Assembly: GCA_965204725.1 (NCBI GenBank)
Contig: OZ242005.1
Coordinates: 5,280,001-5,344,000 of the forward strand
Direction: 5' to 3'
DNA: 64,000 bases
DNA from: Candidatus Latescibacterota bacterium
GTDB taxonomy: Bacteria > Latescibacterota > UBA2968 > UBA8231
Shown here: piece by piece, positions 37,688-46,475 of the stretch
Position numbering within the stretch: the stretch's first letter is position 1
Layout: each line of letters starts with the position of its first letter
Made by a program: the position numbers and the translations under genes
Notes under the pieces: generated by a model
What the model was told of the DNA's origin: nothing
What the model saw: the letters and a program-made list of their open reading frames with translations, nothing else
Database searches by the model: none

Positions 37688-39058
37688 ATGGCGATGCACA
37701 GCGAAATATACGCGGCCTACGCCGCGGCGCGCCCCCGGTCGCAGGAGTATTTTGCGCGCGCTTGCAAGGTGCTCGGCGGCAAGGCGGGGCACGACCTGCG
37801 CTACGCAACGCCGGTGCCGCTCTATATCGAGCGGGGGACCGGCGGCCGCAAGTGGGATGTCGATGGCAACGAGTACATCGACTTTTTGCTCGGCAACGGG
37901 GCCTTGCTCTTGGGACACGCGCCGGCCGAAGTCGTAGCGGCCATCGCCGCGGCGGTGGGGCGCGGGACGCACTTTGGCAACGACCATCCACTGCACATCG
38001 AATGGGCCGAGCGCATCCAAGCACTGGTTCCCTCGGCCGAACGAGTGCGTTTGGTCAATTCGGGGACGGAGGCGACCTTGCTGGCGCTGCGCTTGGCGCG
38101 GGCTTTTACGGGACGCCACAAGGTCCTGCGCTTTGCCGGCCACTTCCACGGGTGGCACGACGACGTGATGCGCGGGGTGCAGCCCCCCTTTGACGCGGAT
38201 GGCTCCTTGGGCATTCCCCCGCAGGTGCGCGACCACATAGTCTGTGTGCCGGCGGGCGATGCGGCCCAAGTCGCCGACATCCTCGATGCAGAGGGCGATA
38301 TTGCCGCGGCGATTATCGAGCCATCGGGAGGTTCGTGGGGCCGAGTGCCCTTGGCACCGGAGTTTTTGCGCGACCTGCAAACAATAACCCGCGCCCGCGG
38401 GGTGGTGCTGATTTTCGACGAGGTAGTCACCGGCTTTCGCTTCAGTCCGGGCGGTGCTCAAGTGCTCTACGGGCTGCGGCCGGATCTATCTTGTTTTGCC
38501 AAAGTGGTAGCCGGGGGCATGCCCGGCGGGGCTGTGGTAGGACGAGCGGACATTATGGAGCTCTTCGATGTGCCAGACGATTCCCGCCCGCACGTGACGC
38601 ACCAAGGGACCTTCAACGGGGCACCCCTTTCGGCCGCGGCTGGGATTGCCGTGCTCGAGCGCGTGGCCACGGGCGAGCCGATAGACCGAGCCAACGCCCG
38701 CGCCGCTGAGCTGCGTGCTGCTTGGGACGAAGTACTGGAACGCCGCGGTATCGCTGGGTACGTGTATGGAGTGTGTTCGACCTTTCACGTCTATTTTGAA
38801 ACCGATCGCCAGCGCGTACAAAAGGCCCATACCCGGGCGGATTTGCACACCACCGCAGCCGAGCGGCTCAAGGGGATGCCGGGGAAGCTGGTCGAAGAGT
38901 ACCAGCGCAATTTGCGCTTTTACGGGGTCGATAACATGAGCTCCACCGGGGGCGTACTCTCGTCTGCACACACGGCCCAAGACATTGAGGAAGCGACCGC
39001 GGCGTTTGCCCAAGCGGTTGAGTCGCTCTTGGCCCAAGGGCTGGTTCTGACGTTGTAG
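37688..39058 (+). CDS. Class III PLP aminotransferase (glutamate-1-semialdehyde aminomutase-like)
   Basis: WDVDGNEYID, NSGTEAT, HFHGWHD, LIFDEVVTGFR, FAK (PLP Lys), GTFNG. Confidence 0.88.
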   Translation: MAMHSEIYAAYAAARPRSQEYFARACKVLGGKAGHDLRYATPVPLYIERGTGGRKWDVDGNEYIDFLLGNGALLLGHAPAEVVAAIAAAVGRGTHFGNDHPLHIEWAERIQALVPSAERVRLVNSGTEATLLALRLARAFTGRHKVLRFAGHFHGWHDDVMRGVQPPFDADGSLGIPPQVRDHIVCVPAGDAAQVADILDAEGDIAAAIIEPSGGSWGRVPLAPEFLRDLQTITRARGVVLIFDEVVTGFRFSPGGAQVLYGLRPDLSCFAKVVAGGMPGGAVVGRADIMELFDVPDDSRPHVTHQGTFNGAPLSAAAGIAVLERVATGEPIDRANARAAELRAAWDEVLERRGIAGYVYGVCSTFHVYFETDRQRVQKAHTRADLHTTAAERLKGMPGKLVEEYQRNLRFYGVDNMSSTGGVLSSAHTAQDIEEATAAFAQAVESLLAQGLVLTL

Positions 39059-39136
39059 CACTGCGGCCTTGCCGCGCAACGCAGCCGTCTGTAGTTTTTT
39101 GTTACATTCTCTGCACATTTTCCGCGAGGTACGTCT

Positions 39137-40612
39137 ATGGCCGAAGTCGTTCGCCACAACTGTGGTCTGACCATAGCTCACTCTCTCCACGACGCCTACC
39201 GCTTTATTCATTCGCTCCAGCATCGAGGCCGTGAGGCGGCCGGCATTGCTGCTGTCGGCGACGACCGCATCGACGTGATCAAGTGGAAGGGCGGGGTTTC
39301 GCGCTTCGACGTAACCGATCTCCACAAAATTTTCCTCAGCCCCAACTACCACACCTACATGGCCCACGTGCGCTACGCCACCCGCGGCTCGAAGGACAAA
39401 ATCCTCGAGGAGGCGCACCCGCACGTCATCGGCGGCACGGTCGAACACCGCGACAACCACATCCTGATCTGGGACTGCGACATAGCGGCTGTCCACAACG
39501 GCCAAATCGACCGGGTCTTCTTTGAGGACTCGGCGCCCTTGCACTTGTATTCGAGTTGCGACACAGAGGCCCTGCTCTACCTCTACCGCGAGCGCGGCGC
39601 GTCCAACTTCCTCAAGGAAGTGCCCGGGGCCTATACCTTGGCCATTGCCGACAAGCGCGAGCGCGACGTGATCGCGATACGCGATCGCACCGGGATCAAG
39701 CCCGGAGTCCTCGGTTGGAAGGACGGCAAGTACGTGATGGCCTCGGAGGACATCGCCTTCCGCAAAAACGGCGGCGAATACGTCGAAGACTTGGAGCCGG
39801 GAGCGATCTACTATCTCACGCCCGAAGGGAACTACAGCAAGGAAGTCGTGGTCCAGACCAACCCCGCCTATTGCTTTTTTGAATGGAACTACATCACCGA
39901 CCTCGACTCGATCATCAACGGCGTCAGCGTGCGCCGCATCCGCGAATCCCTAGGAGAGATGCTCAGTGAGGAATTTCTGCCGCCCGACAGCGATCTAGTT
40001 ACGTATCTGCCGCGCTGTCCCGAAGTGGCGGCCCGCGCCTACGCCAAGCAGGCCGAATTGCCCTTTGAACCCGTGTTCTACAAGATGCGCGGCGAGCGCT
40101 CGTTTCAAGGTTCAACCGCTGACGATCGCAAGGACTCGATTGGCCAGAATTTGCACCTTCTGCCCGGGATGGCGCAAAAGCTCAAGGGCAAGACCGTGAT
40201 CCTGATTGACGACAGCATCGTGCGCGGCAACAATTCCAAGCGGGCCTGCGACCTGCTCTATGCGGAGGCTGGCGTCGAGCGGGCCTATTTGGTGAGTTAC
40301 ACGCCGCCGATTGGCATCATCGGCGACGATGGCGTACCGAGGGGATGCACTTTTGGGGTGGATATGCCGCCGGACCCGCCGCAGGGCGACGAGTTTATCG
40401 CCCGTGGGCGCACGGCCGAGGCCATTGGTGAGGCGATGGGAATGCCCGTGGTTTACTTGTCGCGACAGGGGATGCTAGCGGCCTTTGCCCGCGCTGGCCT
40501 GCCCGAGCGCGACTTGTGTACGTACTGCATTGGCGGGCGCATGCCCTTTGAAGCGGCTGGCTCGCTGATCCAAATCGGCGACAGGCCACAACTCGACTTG
40601 TGGCGAGCTTGA
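39137..40612 (+). CDS. purF: Amidophosphoribosyltransferase (divergent)
   Basis: Short propeptide then CG (Ntn nucleophile); LQHRGREAAG, HVRYAT, HNG, CFFE, IDDSIVRG, CTFGVD, LCTYC. Confidence 0.8.
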   Translation: MAEVVRHNCGLTIAHSLHDAYRFIHSLQHRGREAAGIAAVGDDRIDVIKWKGGVSRFDVTDLHKIFLSPNYHTYMAHVRYATRGSKDKILEEAHPHVIGGTVEHRDNHILIWDCDIAAVHNGQIDRVFFEDSAPLHLYSSCDTEALLYLYRERGASNFLKEVPGAYTLAIADKRERDVIAIRDRTGIKPGVLGWKDGKYVMASEDIAFRKNGGEYVEDLEPGAIYYLTPEGNYSKEVVVQTNPAYCFFEWNYITDLDSIINGVSVRRIRESLGEMLSEEFLPPDSDLVTYLPRCPEVAARAYAKQAELPFEPVFYKMRGERSFQGSTADDRKDSIGQNLHLLPGMAQKLKGKTVILIDDSIVRGNNSKRACDLLYAEAGVERAYLVSYTPPIGIIGDDGVPRGCTFGVDMPPDPPQGDEFIARGRTAEAIGEAMGMPVVYLSRQGMLAAFARAGLPERDLCTYCIGGRMPFEAAGSLIQIGDRPQLDLWRA

Positions 40613-40700
40613 TGAGCATGGGCGTTGTCTCCGGTCGATTAATTTTGCATGATAAGCCCTGAGAGTTGCACTATCAACCGCGAATCCGAGGAGTAGGAAG

Positions 40701-41432
40701 ATGGTAGTCGAAGAAGTACGGCTGTGGAAATTGACCCGCCGCCACGTGCGCGAGCGGCTCGAACAGGGCTTGATCAAGGGAGCGATTTTGCCCACTGGCA
40801 GCACAGAGCAGCACAACGAGCACTTGGCGATGGAGCACGACACCGCCAGCGCGGCGCATGTCGCGCACCAAGCGGCCTTACAGCTCTATCCGCAAGTGGT
40901 GGTGGCCACGCCTCTGTCCGTGGGCATCTCTGAGCACTGGATGGAGTTCCCCGGCACCTTGAGCTTGCGGCCAGAGACCTTTTTTGCCGTGGCCTACGAC
41001 GTGTGCGAGTCGCTCAAGCGACACGGGATTGAGCACGTCCTGATATGCAATGGCCACGCCGGCAACAGCCCCTTAGGCGGCCAAGCCGAGGATTTCAGCA
41101 AGCGGCTGGGGATGGACGTGCAGTTTTATTCGTACTGGACAGCGTATTCGGAGGAGTTGGTCGCCCAAGTGCTGGAGTCGGGGGACTGCCCGGCGCACGC
41201 GGCCGAGTTTGAGACCTCGTTTGCCATGGCGGCTTTTCCCGAGAACGTGCAGTGGAAAGGGGTTGATTACGCAGGGGCCAACCTCGACATCAAGAGCGAA
41301 AGCTACGCTCCGCGCGACCCGATCTACTTCAAGGCGGGCCGCGACTTGGCCACGCCCAAGAAAGGCCGGGTGATGGCCGATGTGGCCATTGACTGGGTCG
41401 CGGCTAAGATGCAGGCGATGATCGACGCTTAG
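40701..41432 (+). CDS. Creatininase/creatinine amidohydrolase family protein
   Basis: PTGSTEQHNEHLAMEHD, GISEHW..FPGTLSL, NGHAGN, HAAEFETS. Confidence 0.9.
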   Translation: MVVEEVRLWKLTRRHVRERLEQGLIKGAILPTGSTEQHNEHLAMEHDTASAAHVAHQAALQLYPQVVVATPLSVGISEHWMEFPGTLSLRPETFFAVAYDVCESLKRHGIEHVLICNGHAGNSPLGGQAEDFSKRLGMDVQFYSYWTAYSEELVAQVLESGDCPAHAAEFETSFAMAAFPENVQWKGVDYAGANLDIKSESYAPRDPIYFKAGRDLATPKKGRVMADVAIDWVAAKMQAMIDA

Positions 41433-41492
41433 GGAAGGCCGGGCTGGGCCTACGCAGTCGAACAGGGATTCGCAATCGCGTCGCTCAGTCCC

Positions 41493-41520
41493 TTGACAAA
41501 GACTGGCCGTATGGTACTGT
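41493..41520 (+). promoter_or_regulatory. Putative sigma70 promoter
   Basis: TTGACA-16 bp-TACTGT with TG extension; AAGGAG RBS before the ATG at 41558. Confidence 0.5.
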
Positions 41521-41557
41521 TGGGTATGACCTTAACCCAATAGGAAGGAGATGCGCT

Positions 41558-42106
41558 ATGACCGAGGTTACGGAGCGAGTTGCTCGGCTCGAAGGAGCAT
41601 ATAACCATCTGGCGACCAAGGAAGATATGGCCAAACTCAGAGCCGCCACAAAAGCCGACATCGCCGAACTCAAAGCCGCTACCAAGGAGGATATTGCCGA
41701 ACTCAAAGCCGCTACTCAAGCCGACATCGCCGAACTCAAAGTAGCCACCAAGGAAGATATTGCTGAACTCAAAGTAGCCACCCAAGCCGACATTGCTGAA
41801 CTCAAAGCCGCTACCCAAGCCGATATTGCTGAACTCAAAGCCGCCACTCAAGCCGATATTGCCGAACTCAAAGCCGCTACTCAAGCCGACATCGCCGAAC
41901 TCAAAGCCGCCACTCAAGCCGATATTGCTGAACTCAAAGTAGCCACCAAGGAAGATATGCAGGCGTTGAACGCCGACTTGACGAAAAAGATCGGGACTGT
42001 GGAGCAAGAGATCGCCGGCTTAAAAGGCAGTGCCAAGACGCTAGCAATAGCAATTAGTGTGGGGCTAGTTGTAGTTCAGCTTATTCTCAAGTACGCCCTC
42101 CCATAG
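41558..42106 (+). CDS. Membrane-anchored coiled-coil protein with 11-aa repeats (DUF1640/CCDC90-like LATKED motif)
   Basis: HLATKED followed by ATxxDIAELKx repeats; C-terminal hydrophobic helix LAIAISVGLVVVQLIL. Confidence 0.75.
   Translation: MTEVTERVARLEGAYNHLATKEDMAKLRAATKADIAELKAATKEDIAELKAATQADIAELKVATKEDIAELKVATQADIAELKAATQADIAELKAATQADIAELKAATQADIAELKAATQADIAELKVATKEDMQALNADLTKKIGTVEQEIAGLKGSAKTLAIAISVGLVVVQLILKYALP
41612..41974 (+). repeat. 33-bp coding tandem repeat, about 11 units
   Basis: Units such as GCCACTCAAGCCGATATTGCCGAACTCAAAGCC repeated head to tail, no spacers. Confidence 0.95.
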
Positions 42107-42125
42107 CCCCACATATTGCTCTAAA

Positions 42126-42262
42126 AAACAAACGCCCTGCTCCCCGAAGGAAGCAGGGCGTTTGCATACCCTGAAGAAGCGGTCGCAGCTTTTAGTACGC
42201 GGCCTTGATCTGGCCCCAGCTCACATCCTCGAAGGCTCTAGCCCGGCCAACACCACATCGTT
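42126..42262. repeat. Degenerate duplicate (copy A) of the 3' end and terminator of gene 43135..44046
   Basis: Matches 43065..43236 with a 31-bp deletion between two TCGA motifs, a 4-bp indel and a few substitutions. Confidence 0.9.
42130..42163. terminator. Hairpin terminator between convergent 41558..42106 and vapC
   Basis: AAACGCCCTGCT..AGCAGGGCGTTT stem with an A-rich left flank. Confidence 0.8.
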
Positions 42263-42277
42263 AGCCGCGGCCGACTG

Positions 42278-42688
42278 TTACCGCTCTTCAACCAAAAAAC
42301 CTTCAAGTGAAATCGCGGTCTCGGGAAAAGCCGTTAAAATTCTTCGATCTGAAGTGACCAGAGGTACACTTAAATTCTGCGCCAGAGCAACAAATTCGCA
42401 GTCATAAGCCGAGCATTTCGACGAAATTGCCAACTTCATAACCGACACAGAAGAAACTGTATGTTCTCGTTCCTGCATAATTTCTTCCGCATTTCTGAGA
42501 AGGTCAATCGCGTGATCTAAGTCGAAAATTTCCCGCCTAACGTACAACGACAAAAGATTGCGAAATTCACTGCGCCAGAGCAATGGGGCTGCCCATTCAG
42601 CATCCAGTCGCTTTACCGCTTCTGCCTGTTGTGTCCATTCGCCACTAATCAGCAAATAAGCGATTAAATTTGTATCGGCAACAATCAA
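42278..42688 (-). CDS. vapC: PIN-domain toxin (VapC/FitB family)
   Basis: MIVADTN, SEFRN, SAYDCEFVALA, LVTSDRR acidic PIN residues; TTG start overlaps the antitoxin TGA. Confidence 0.9.
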   Translation of the reverse strand: MIVADTNLIAYLLISGEWTQQAEAVKRLDAEWAAPLLWRSEFRNLLSLYVRREIFDLDHAIDLLRNAEEIMQEREHTVSSVSVMKLAISSKCSAYDCEFVALAQNLSVPLVTSDRRILTAFPETAISLEGFLVEER

Positions 42689-42933
42689 GGACGCCCTTCC
42701 TCTTTGGCTTCTCTCAAAAATTCATCCGTCAGAGGCGGCGCATCCGAAACTCGATTTCTCAATTCCTCTAATTTTTTCAGCAATTCTTCCGTACTCTCGC
42801 GCTGGCGGATCAAAACTTCCTCCAGGCAGCCGATTACCTCGCTGTTCATACTGCGACGATGTGCGGCAGCACGCACCTTTAGTTTTTCATAAAGTTTGGG
42901 CGGCATATTCTTTATCGTAACATTGATAGCCAA
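42685..42933 (-). CDS. Arc/ribbon-helix-helix antitoxin (FitA/VapB-like)
   Basis: Start reassigned to TTG at 42933 after GGAGGG; NVTIKNMPPKLYEKLKVRAAAHRRSMNSEV; ends EEGRP. Confidence 0.85.
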   Translation of the reverse strand: MAINVTIKNMPPKLYEKLKVRAAAHRRSMNSEVIGCLEEVLIRQRESTEELLKKLEELRNRVSDAPPLTDEFLREAKEEGRP

Positions 42934-43064
42934 AGCAACCCTCCGCAATACGACCGAAAAAGGAACCTTTGCAAAAGCTACGCGCTCAATGACTCCGGTC
43001 AACACGTCATGTCCATTGTAAAACGTTTGCTTCGCTGCGCTTCATCTCCTTGCCTCTGCCGCCC

Positions 43065-43236
43065 AAACAAACGCCCTGCTCCCCGAAGGAAGCAGGGCGT
43101 TTGCATACCCTGAAAAAGCAGTCGCACGCAGCTTTTAGTACGCGGCCTTGATCTGGCCCCAGCTCACGTCCTCGACCGAAGTCCCGGCACCTGCGGCCTC
43201 CATCGAAGGCTCTAGCGGAGCCAACACCACGTCGTT
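43065..43236. repeat. Intact copy B: 3' end of 43135..44046 plus terminator
   Basis: Direct repeat of 42126..42262. Confidence 0.9.
43069..43102 (-). terminator. Rho-independent terminator of 43135..44046
   Basis: Hairpin identical to 42130..42163. Confidence 0.8.
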
Positions 43237-44046
43237 GGTGGCCGTGCAGCACATTTCCGGCGACATGGTCCAGAAGCCTTGATAGCTTTCGAGCGCACAC
43301 TCGGTGCATGGCTCGTCGAAGTCGCCCACGGTCACAGACGAGTGGATGATCTCCTCTTCCGCGAGGTCGAAAATCACAGCCTGATCGGGAGTAGCCGACT
43401 CATCGTTGGGCAGCGAGGTGATTGGGGTGATGGCCAACTCGTAATAATAGGTGCTCTCGCCGAACTGCTCGCCGTCGTAACCCCAGCCGAAATCGATAAA
43501 GTCGCTGCCATCCACAAACCACTCCAGTGCGCGCACCGGGCGGTAGAACTGATAGGCCCCTTCCACCGGCGGCACGGCCCACTTGTAGCTAAAGTTGTTG
43601 GCCGGCTCGCCTTCGAGGTTGTGCTCCTCGGTCGGCGTGTGGTCCGGGTTGACCTCTACTTCCCAAGCGTCATCCTGCCAGAAGGCCGAGGGATTTTCGC
43701 GGTCTAGGTTGTGGACATTGTCGAAAACCTCGGACATGTAGTAGAGCTTGTTCGCGCTGTCGTTCCAGCCGATGAGGTGGCGGATGTTGATGTCGCTGAC
43801 ATCGATCTCGCCGCGGCCTACGGGCTGGATGTCGGCTACTGGCGAATAGAGGCGGTCGTTGCGGATCGTGTACGGATCAATCGGCACGACGTCCCAGTCC
43901 GACAGGTCGCCGTCCATCGTGGGGACGAGGTTGTCGGGGAACTGCACGGCGAAGTAGAGCTCGCCGGGAGGAGCGTGGCCAAAGGACGTACCGCACAGGC
44001 CCATGACCAAAGCTGCGGCTAAAACGAATTTGGTCCGTTCTTGCAT
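43135..44046 (-). CDS. Secreted CBM9/DOMON-like protein (His-x-Pro family, copy 3) with TSVEDVSWGQIK tail
   Basis: AAGGAGG RBS; ...TSFG|HAPPG; PTMDGDLSDW; GWND..LYYMSEVFDNV; DAWEVEVNPDH; CC and CxxC. Confidence 0.75.
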   Translation of the reverse strand: MQERTKFVLAAALVMGLCGTSFGHAPPGELYFAVQFPDNLVPTMDGDLSDWDVVPIDPYTIRNDRLYSPVADIQPVGRGEIDVSDINIRHLIGWNDSANKLYYMSEVFDNVHNLDRENPSAFWQDDAWEVEVNPDHTPTEEHNLEGEPANNFSYKWAVPPVEGAYQFYRPVRALEWFVDGSDFIDFGWGYDGEQFGESTYYYELAITPITSLPNDESATPDQAVIFDLAEEEIIHSSVTVGDFDEPCTECALESYQGFWTMSPEMCCTATNDVVLAPLEPSMEAAGAGTSVEDVSWGQIKAAY

Positions 44047-44081
44047 GACGAAAAACCCTCCTTAGGAGAAGTGAGAAATGC

Positions 44082-44148
44082 TGTATAAACAAATGTTTAC
44101 ACAAACTTTCACTAGGCTATTAATAGCTCAATTGTGAGCAAAGTTACA
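44082..44148. promoter_or_regulatory. AT-rich regulatory region with inverted repeats and a CRP/FNR-like box
   Basis: TGTATAAACA-AA-TGTTTACACA (44082-44103); palindrome GCTATTAATAGC; TGTGA-N6-TTACA (44133-44148). Confidence 0.45.
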
Positions 44149-44179
44149 AAAAAAGCGGCGCGGGAACAAGCCCCGCCGC
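44148..44179 (-). terminator. Probable terminator of 44211..46331
   Basis: Imperfect GC stem GCGGCGCGGG/CCCCGCCGC next to an A7 run on the + strand. Confidence 0.5.
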
Positions 44180-44210
44180 GCCCGATGTCCGAGTTTTTCC
44201 GCAACACCTG

Positions 44211-46331
44211 TCAATACGCGACCGCGAGGATGCCGGCGCGTTCCTCTTGCTCTTCTAATTGCAGCCGCCAGATATAGGTGCCCGGGGGCACGAGTTGCTG
44301 AGCGGCGTCGCGGCCGTCCCAGCGATGGGCAAATTCGCCGCTGCGTGCGGCAATGGGCGGCAGCTCGACCACGAGCTGGCCGGCGAGGTTGTAAATAGCC
44401 AGCCGCACCCGGCGGATGGCCGTAACCTCGCGCAACTTGTAGGCAATTTCCAAGGTCTCGTTCAGCCCATCGCCATTCGGAGTAAGCGGGTTGGACGTCA
44501 CCGCAATATCGACGAGGAGCCGGCCGCCAACGGGCGTGTTGACCGCGAGCGCATCGCCCGAAAAGCGAAAGGTGGCGTTGCCCGGGCGGATTTGCTGTTT
44601 GATCTGATCGGGGTCGTTGCTGTCGAAGACCCAGCCCGAAAACTCGGTGCCAAAGCGCAAGACCGGCACCACAAAGCGCACTTCGAGCTGTTTGAAGCTG
44701 TCGTCTTCGCCTTGCAGGCGGGGAAAGGACACCACGAGGCGGTCCGCTTGGATGTCGGGGACAAAGGCGTCCAAGTCGAGTCTGGTGCCGTCGCGTTTAA
44801 CTTCAGAGACGGATTGGACTTGGGCGTGGGTGCGGATTTCGAGCTGGTCGAAGCCCGTGTCTTCGGCGCTGAATTCCGGCCGGACGATGTACGTAAACTC
44901 CCTCGGCGCGAAGGAATCAACGGCAATGGGCCACACCTCGCCGAGGATTTCGCGGGCGGCCGGTGCATTGCCGAATTGGAGCGCGAGTGAGCGGATGCGG
45001 GGCGCGGTGGTAAAGGTAGAGAACAGGCGAAAGGAGAGCTGGATGTAGCGGCTCGGCCCGGGCGACAAAAGCGGCGTACCGTCGCGCCACGCCTCAGCCG
45101 GCGCCGCGCTGTCGCGCAAGCCCGCGGCAAAGTCGTAGGGCGGCGACCAGAAGCTCCAGTTGTCGGTGTCGTACACCGTGGGCAGGCGGCCAGACGGATC
45201 GAGCTTTTCATAAGCGGCCAAGGTGATGGGGCGGACGTCGCCGTTAATGTTTTCGGCGAAATAGAGGCTGGGGTCGGGCGAGTTACCAGTGCGGGTGCGG
45301 ACCTCAATGCGGGTGCCCTCGGGCACCTCGGCGTCCCAGCGAATTTTGCCCCAGTTGATCGGCTGGCCAAAGTCGAGAATCTGGGTGACGAGGACGGTCT
45401 CCTCGACAAAGCCCTCGCCGTACACCTCGAACTCGGCGACCTCCCAGTCGCGCAAGGGGAAGGCTTGGGCCGTGATCCAGCGGATTGACTCGGTGGGAAA
45501 GCGCAGTTCAACTACGGGCTCGAGGTTTTCGCGGTTGGATTCGAGCACCTCTAGCTCCGGGTCTTGGGTGCGGACCCAGCGCAGACCCTTGGTGACGCGG
45601 CTGACTCGGTCGCAGGAGCTGTTAGCAAAGCTCACGGTGTTATCGCCTTTACGGATTTCATACCAAGCGAGAAAGTTGCTGGCAAAGCTATCTACGCCAA
45701 AGGTTTCCAACAGGGGACGAGGCTCGGTGAATTCGTCAATGAGCAGTAGGTCGTCCTCTTGGCCGAGCCGGGGAAAGAAGCGGATGCGGTTGACGGGCAC
45801 GGCCGCCCGAAAATCTATGACAACCGCTTCTTTCCAGCCTTCGCCGGTGACCCCAGCGATGATCGTGCCGCCACTGAATATGCCTTGACCTGGGGTGAAG
45901 CGGCGGAAGTGAGCGGTGGTCACATCGCCATCGAATTGCTTCTTCACGGCGCGGATCTGGTCGTCAAGGGCCGAGCAACCGTCGGTCGTCAGGACCTCAC
46001 CGCCGATATAGGGCAGGGGAATTTTGATGGCCGAGGAATTGGGATCGGTCCGAGTCAGGTTGACCAATGGATCGATGAAGCGCGGCCCGATGGCATCGGC
46101 GGCAAAGTCGATGAGGGTGTCGGCGGCCGCGCCGTGGGGCGTGACGCCCACCAGTTCGGTGCTCGCACGCTGGCCCTCGGCATCAAAGAACCAGTACTCG
46201 CCGGCCCCTTCTTCCGACAGCAGGCTGGTCCAAGGATTGCCGTCGGCCCCTCCGACGCGAAACTCCCCGCGGCTGTGCGCCGGCACCATGGACAGGACGA
46301 GCAGGAAACACAAAGCGATGATGCGCTGCAT
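44211..46331 (-). CDS. Secreted discoidin-like + FlgD-Ig CTD protein
   Basis: Signal peptide; QFDGDVTT..NRIRFFPR..WEVAEFEVYG; RTRTG; LTPNGDGLNE..WDGRD; ends LAVAY. Confidence 0.8.
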   Translation of the reverse strand: MQRIIALCFLLVLSMVPAHSRGEFRVGGADGNPWTSLLSEEGAGEYWFFDAEGQRASTELVGVTPHGAAADTLIDFAADAIGPRFIDPLVNLTRTDPNSSAIKIPLPYIGGEVLTTDGCSALDDQIRAVKKQFDGDVTTAHFRRFTPGQGIFSGGTIIAGVTGEGWKEAVVIDFRAAVPVNRIRFFPRLGQEDDLLLIDEFTEPRPLLETFGVDSFASNFLAWYEIRKGDNTVSFANSSCDRVSRVTKGLRWVRTQDPELEVLESNRENLEPVVELRFPTESIRWITAQAFPLRDWEVAEFEVYGEGFVEETVLVTQILDFGQPINWGKIRWDAEVPEGTRIEVRTRTGNSPDPSLYFAENINGDVRPITLAAYEKLDPSGRLPTVYDTDNWSFWSPPYDFAAGLRDSAAPAEAWRDGTPLLSPGPSRYIQLSFRLFSTFTTAPRIRSLALQFGNAPAAREILGEVWPIAVDSFAPREFTYIVRPEFSAEDTGFDQLEIRTHAQVQSVSEVKRDGTRLDLDAFVPDIQADRLVVSFPRLQGEDDSFKQLEVRFVVPVLRFGTEFSGWVFDSNDPDQIKQQIRPGNATFRFSGDALAVNTPVGGRLLVDIAVTSNPLTPNGDGLNETLEIAYKLREVTAIRRVRLAIYNLAGQLVVELPPIAARSGEFAHRWDGRDAAQQLVPPGTYIWRLQLEEQEERAGILAVAY

Positions 46332-46475
46332 GGGTCTCTTCCTTGAGTTGCCGGTAATATAAAAAGAGAAGCGGGCCGTTTAGCAAGTTCAGATCTGGGC
46401 AGGGCGAGCCGCGCTCAACTTGATTTATGCCCGTACTTTGGTTGTCTTATGCCGCAAATCGCACGGAGGATTGCA

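Noticed and set aside
37688-39058. Assignment as hemL
   Set aside because: Family motifs are present, but there is no heme gene context and many non-HemL paralogs share them.
41612-41974. CRISPR array (33-bp periodicity)
   Set aside because: Head-to-tail in-frame coding repeats with no unique spacers and no cas genes.
41450-42007. 185-aa minus-strand repeat ORF (GFEFGNIGL)
   Set aside because: Antisense of the coiled-coil repeat gene; open only because the repeat lacks stops.
44130-44150. lac operator or vector contamination (AATTGTGAGC)
   Set aside because: Only a 10-bp half-site match with no surrounding vector sequence.
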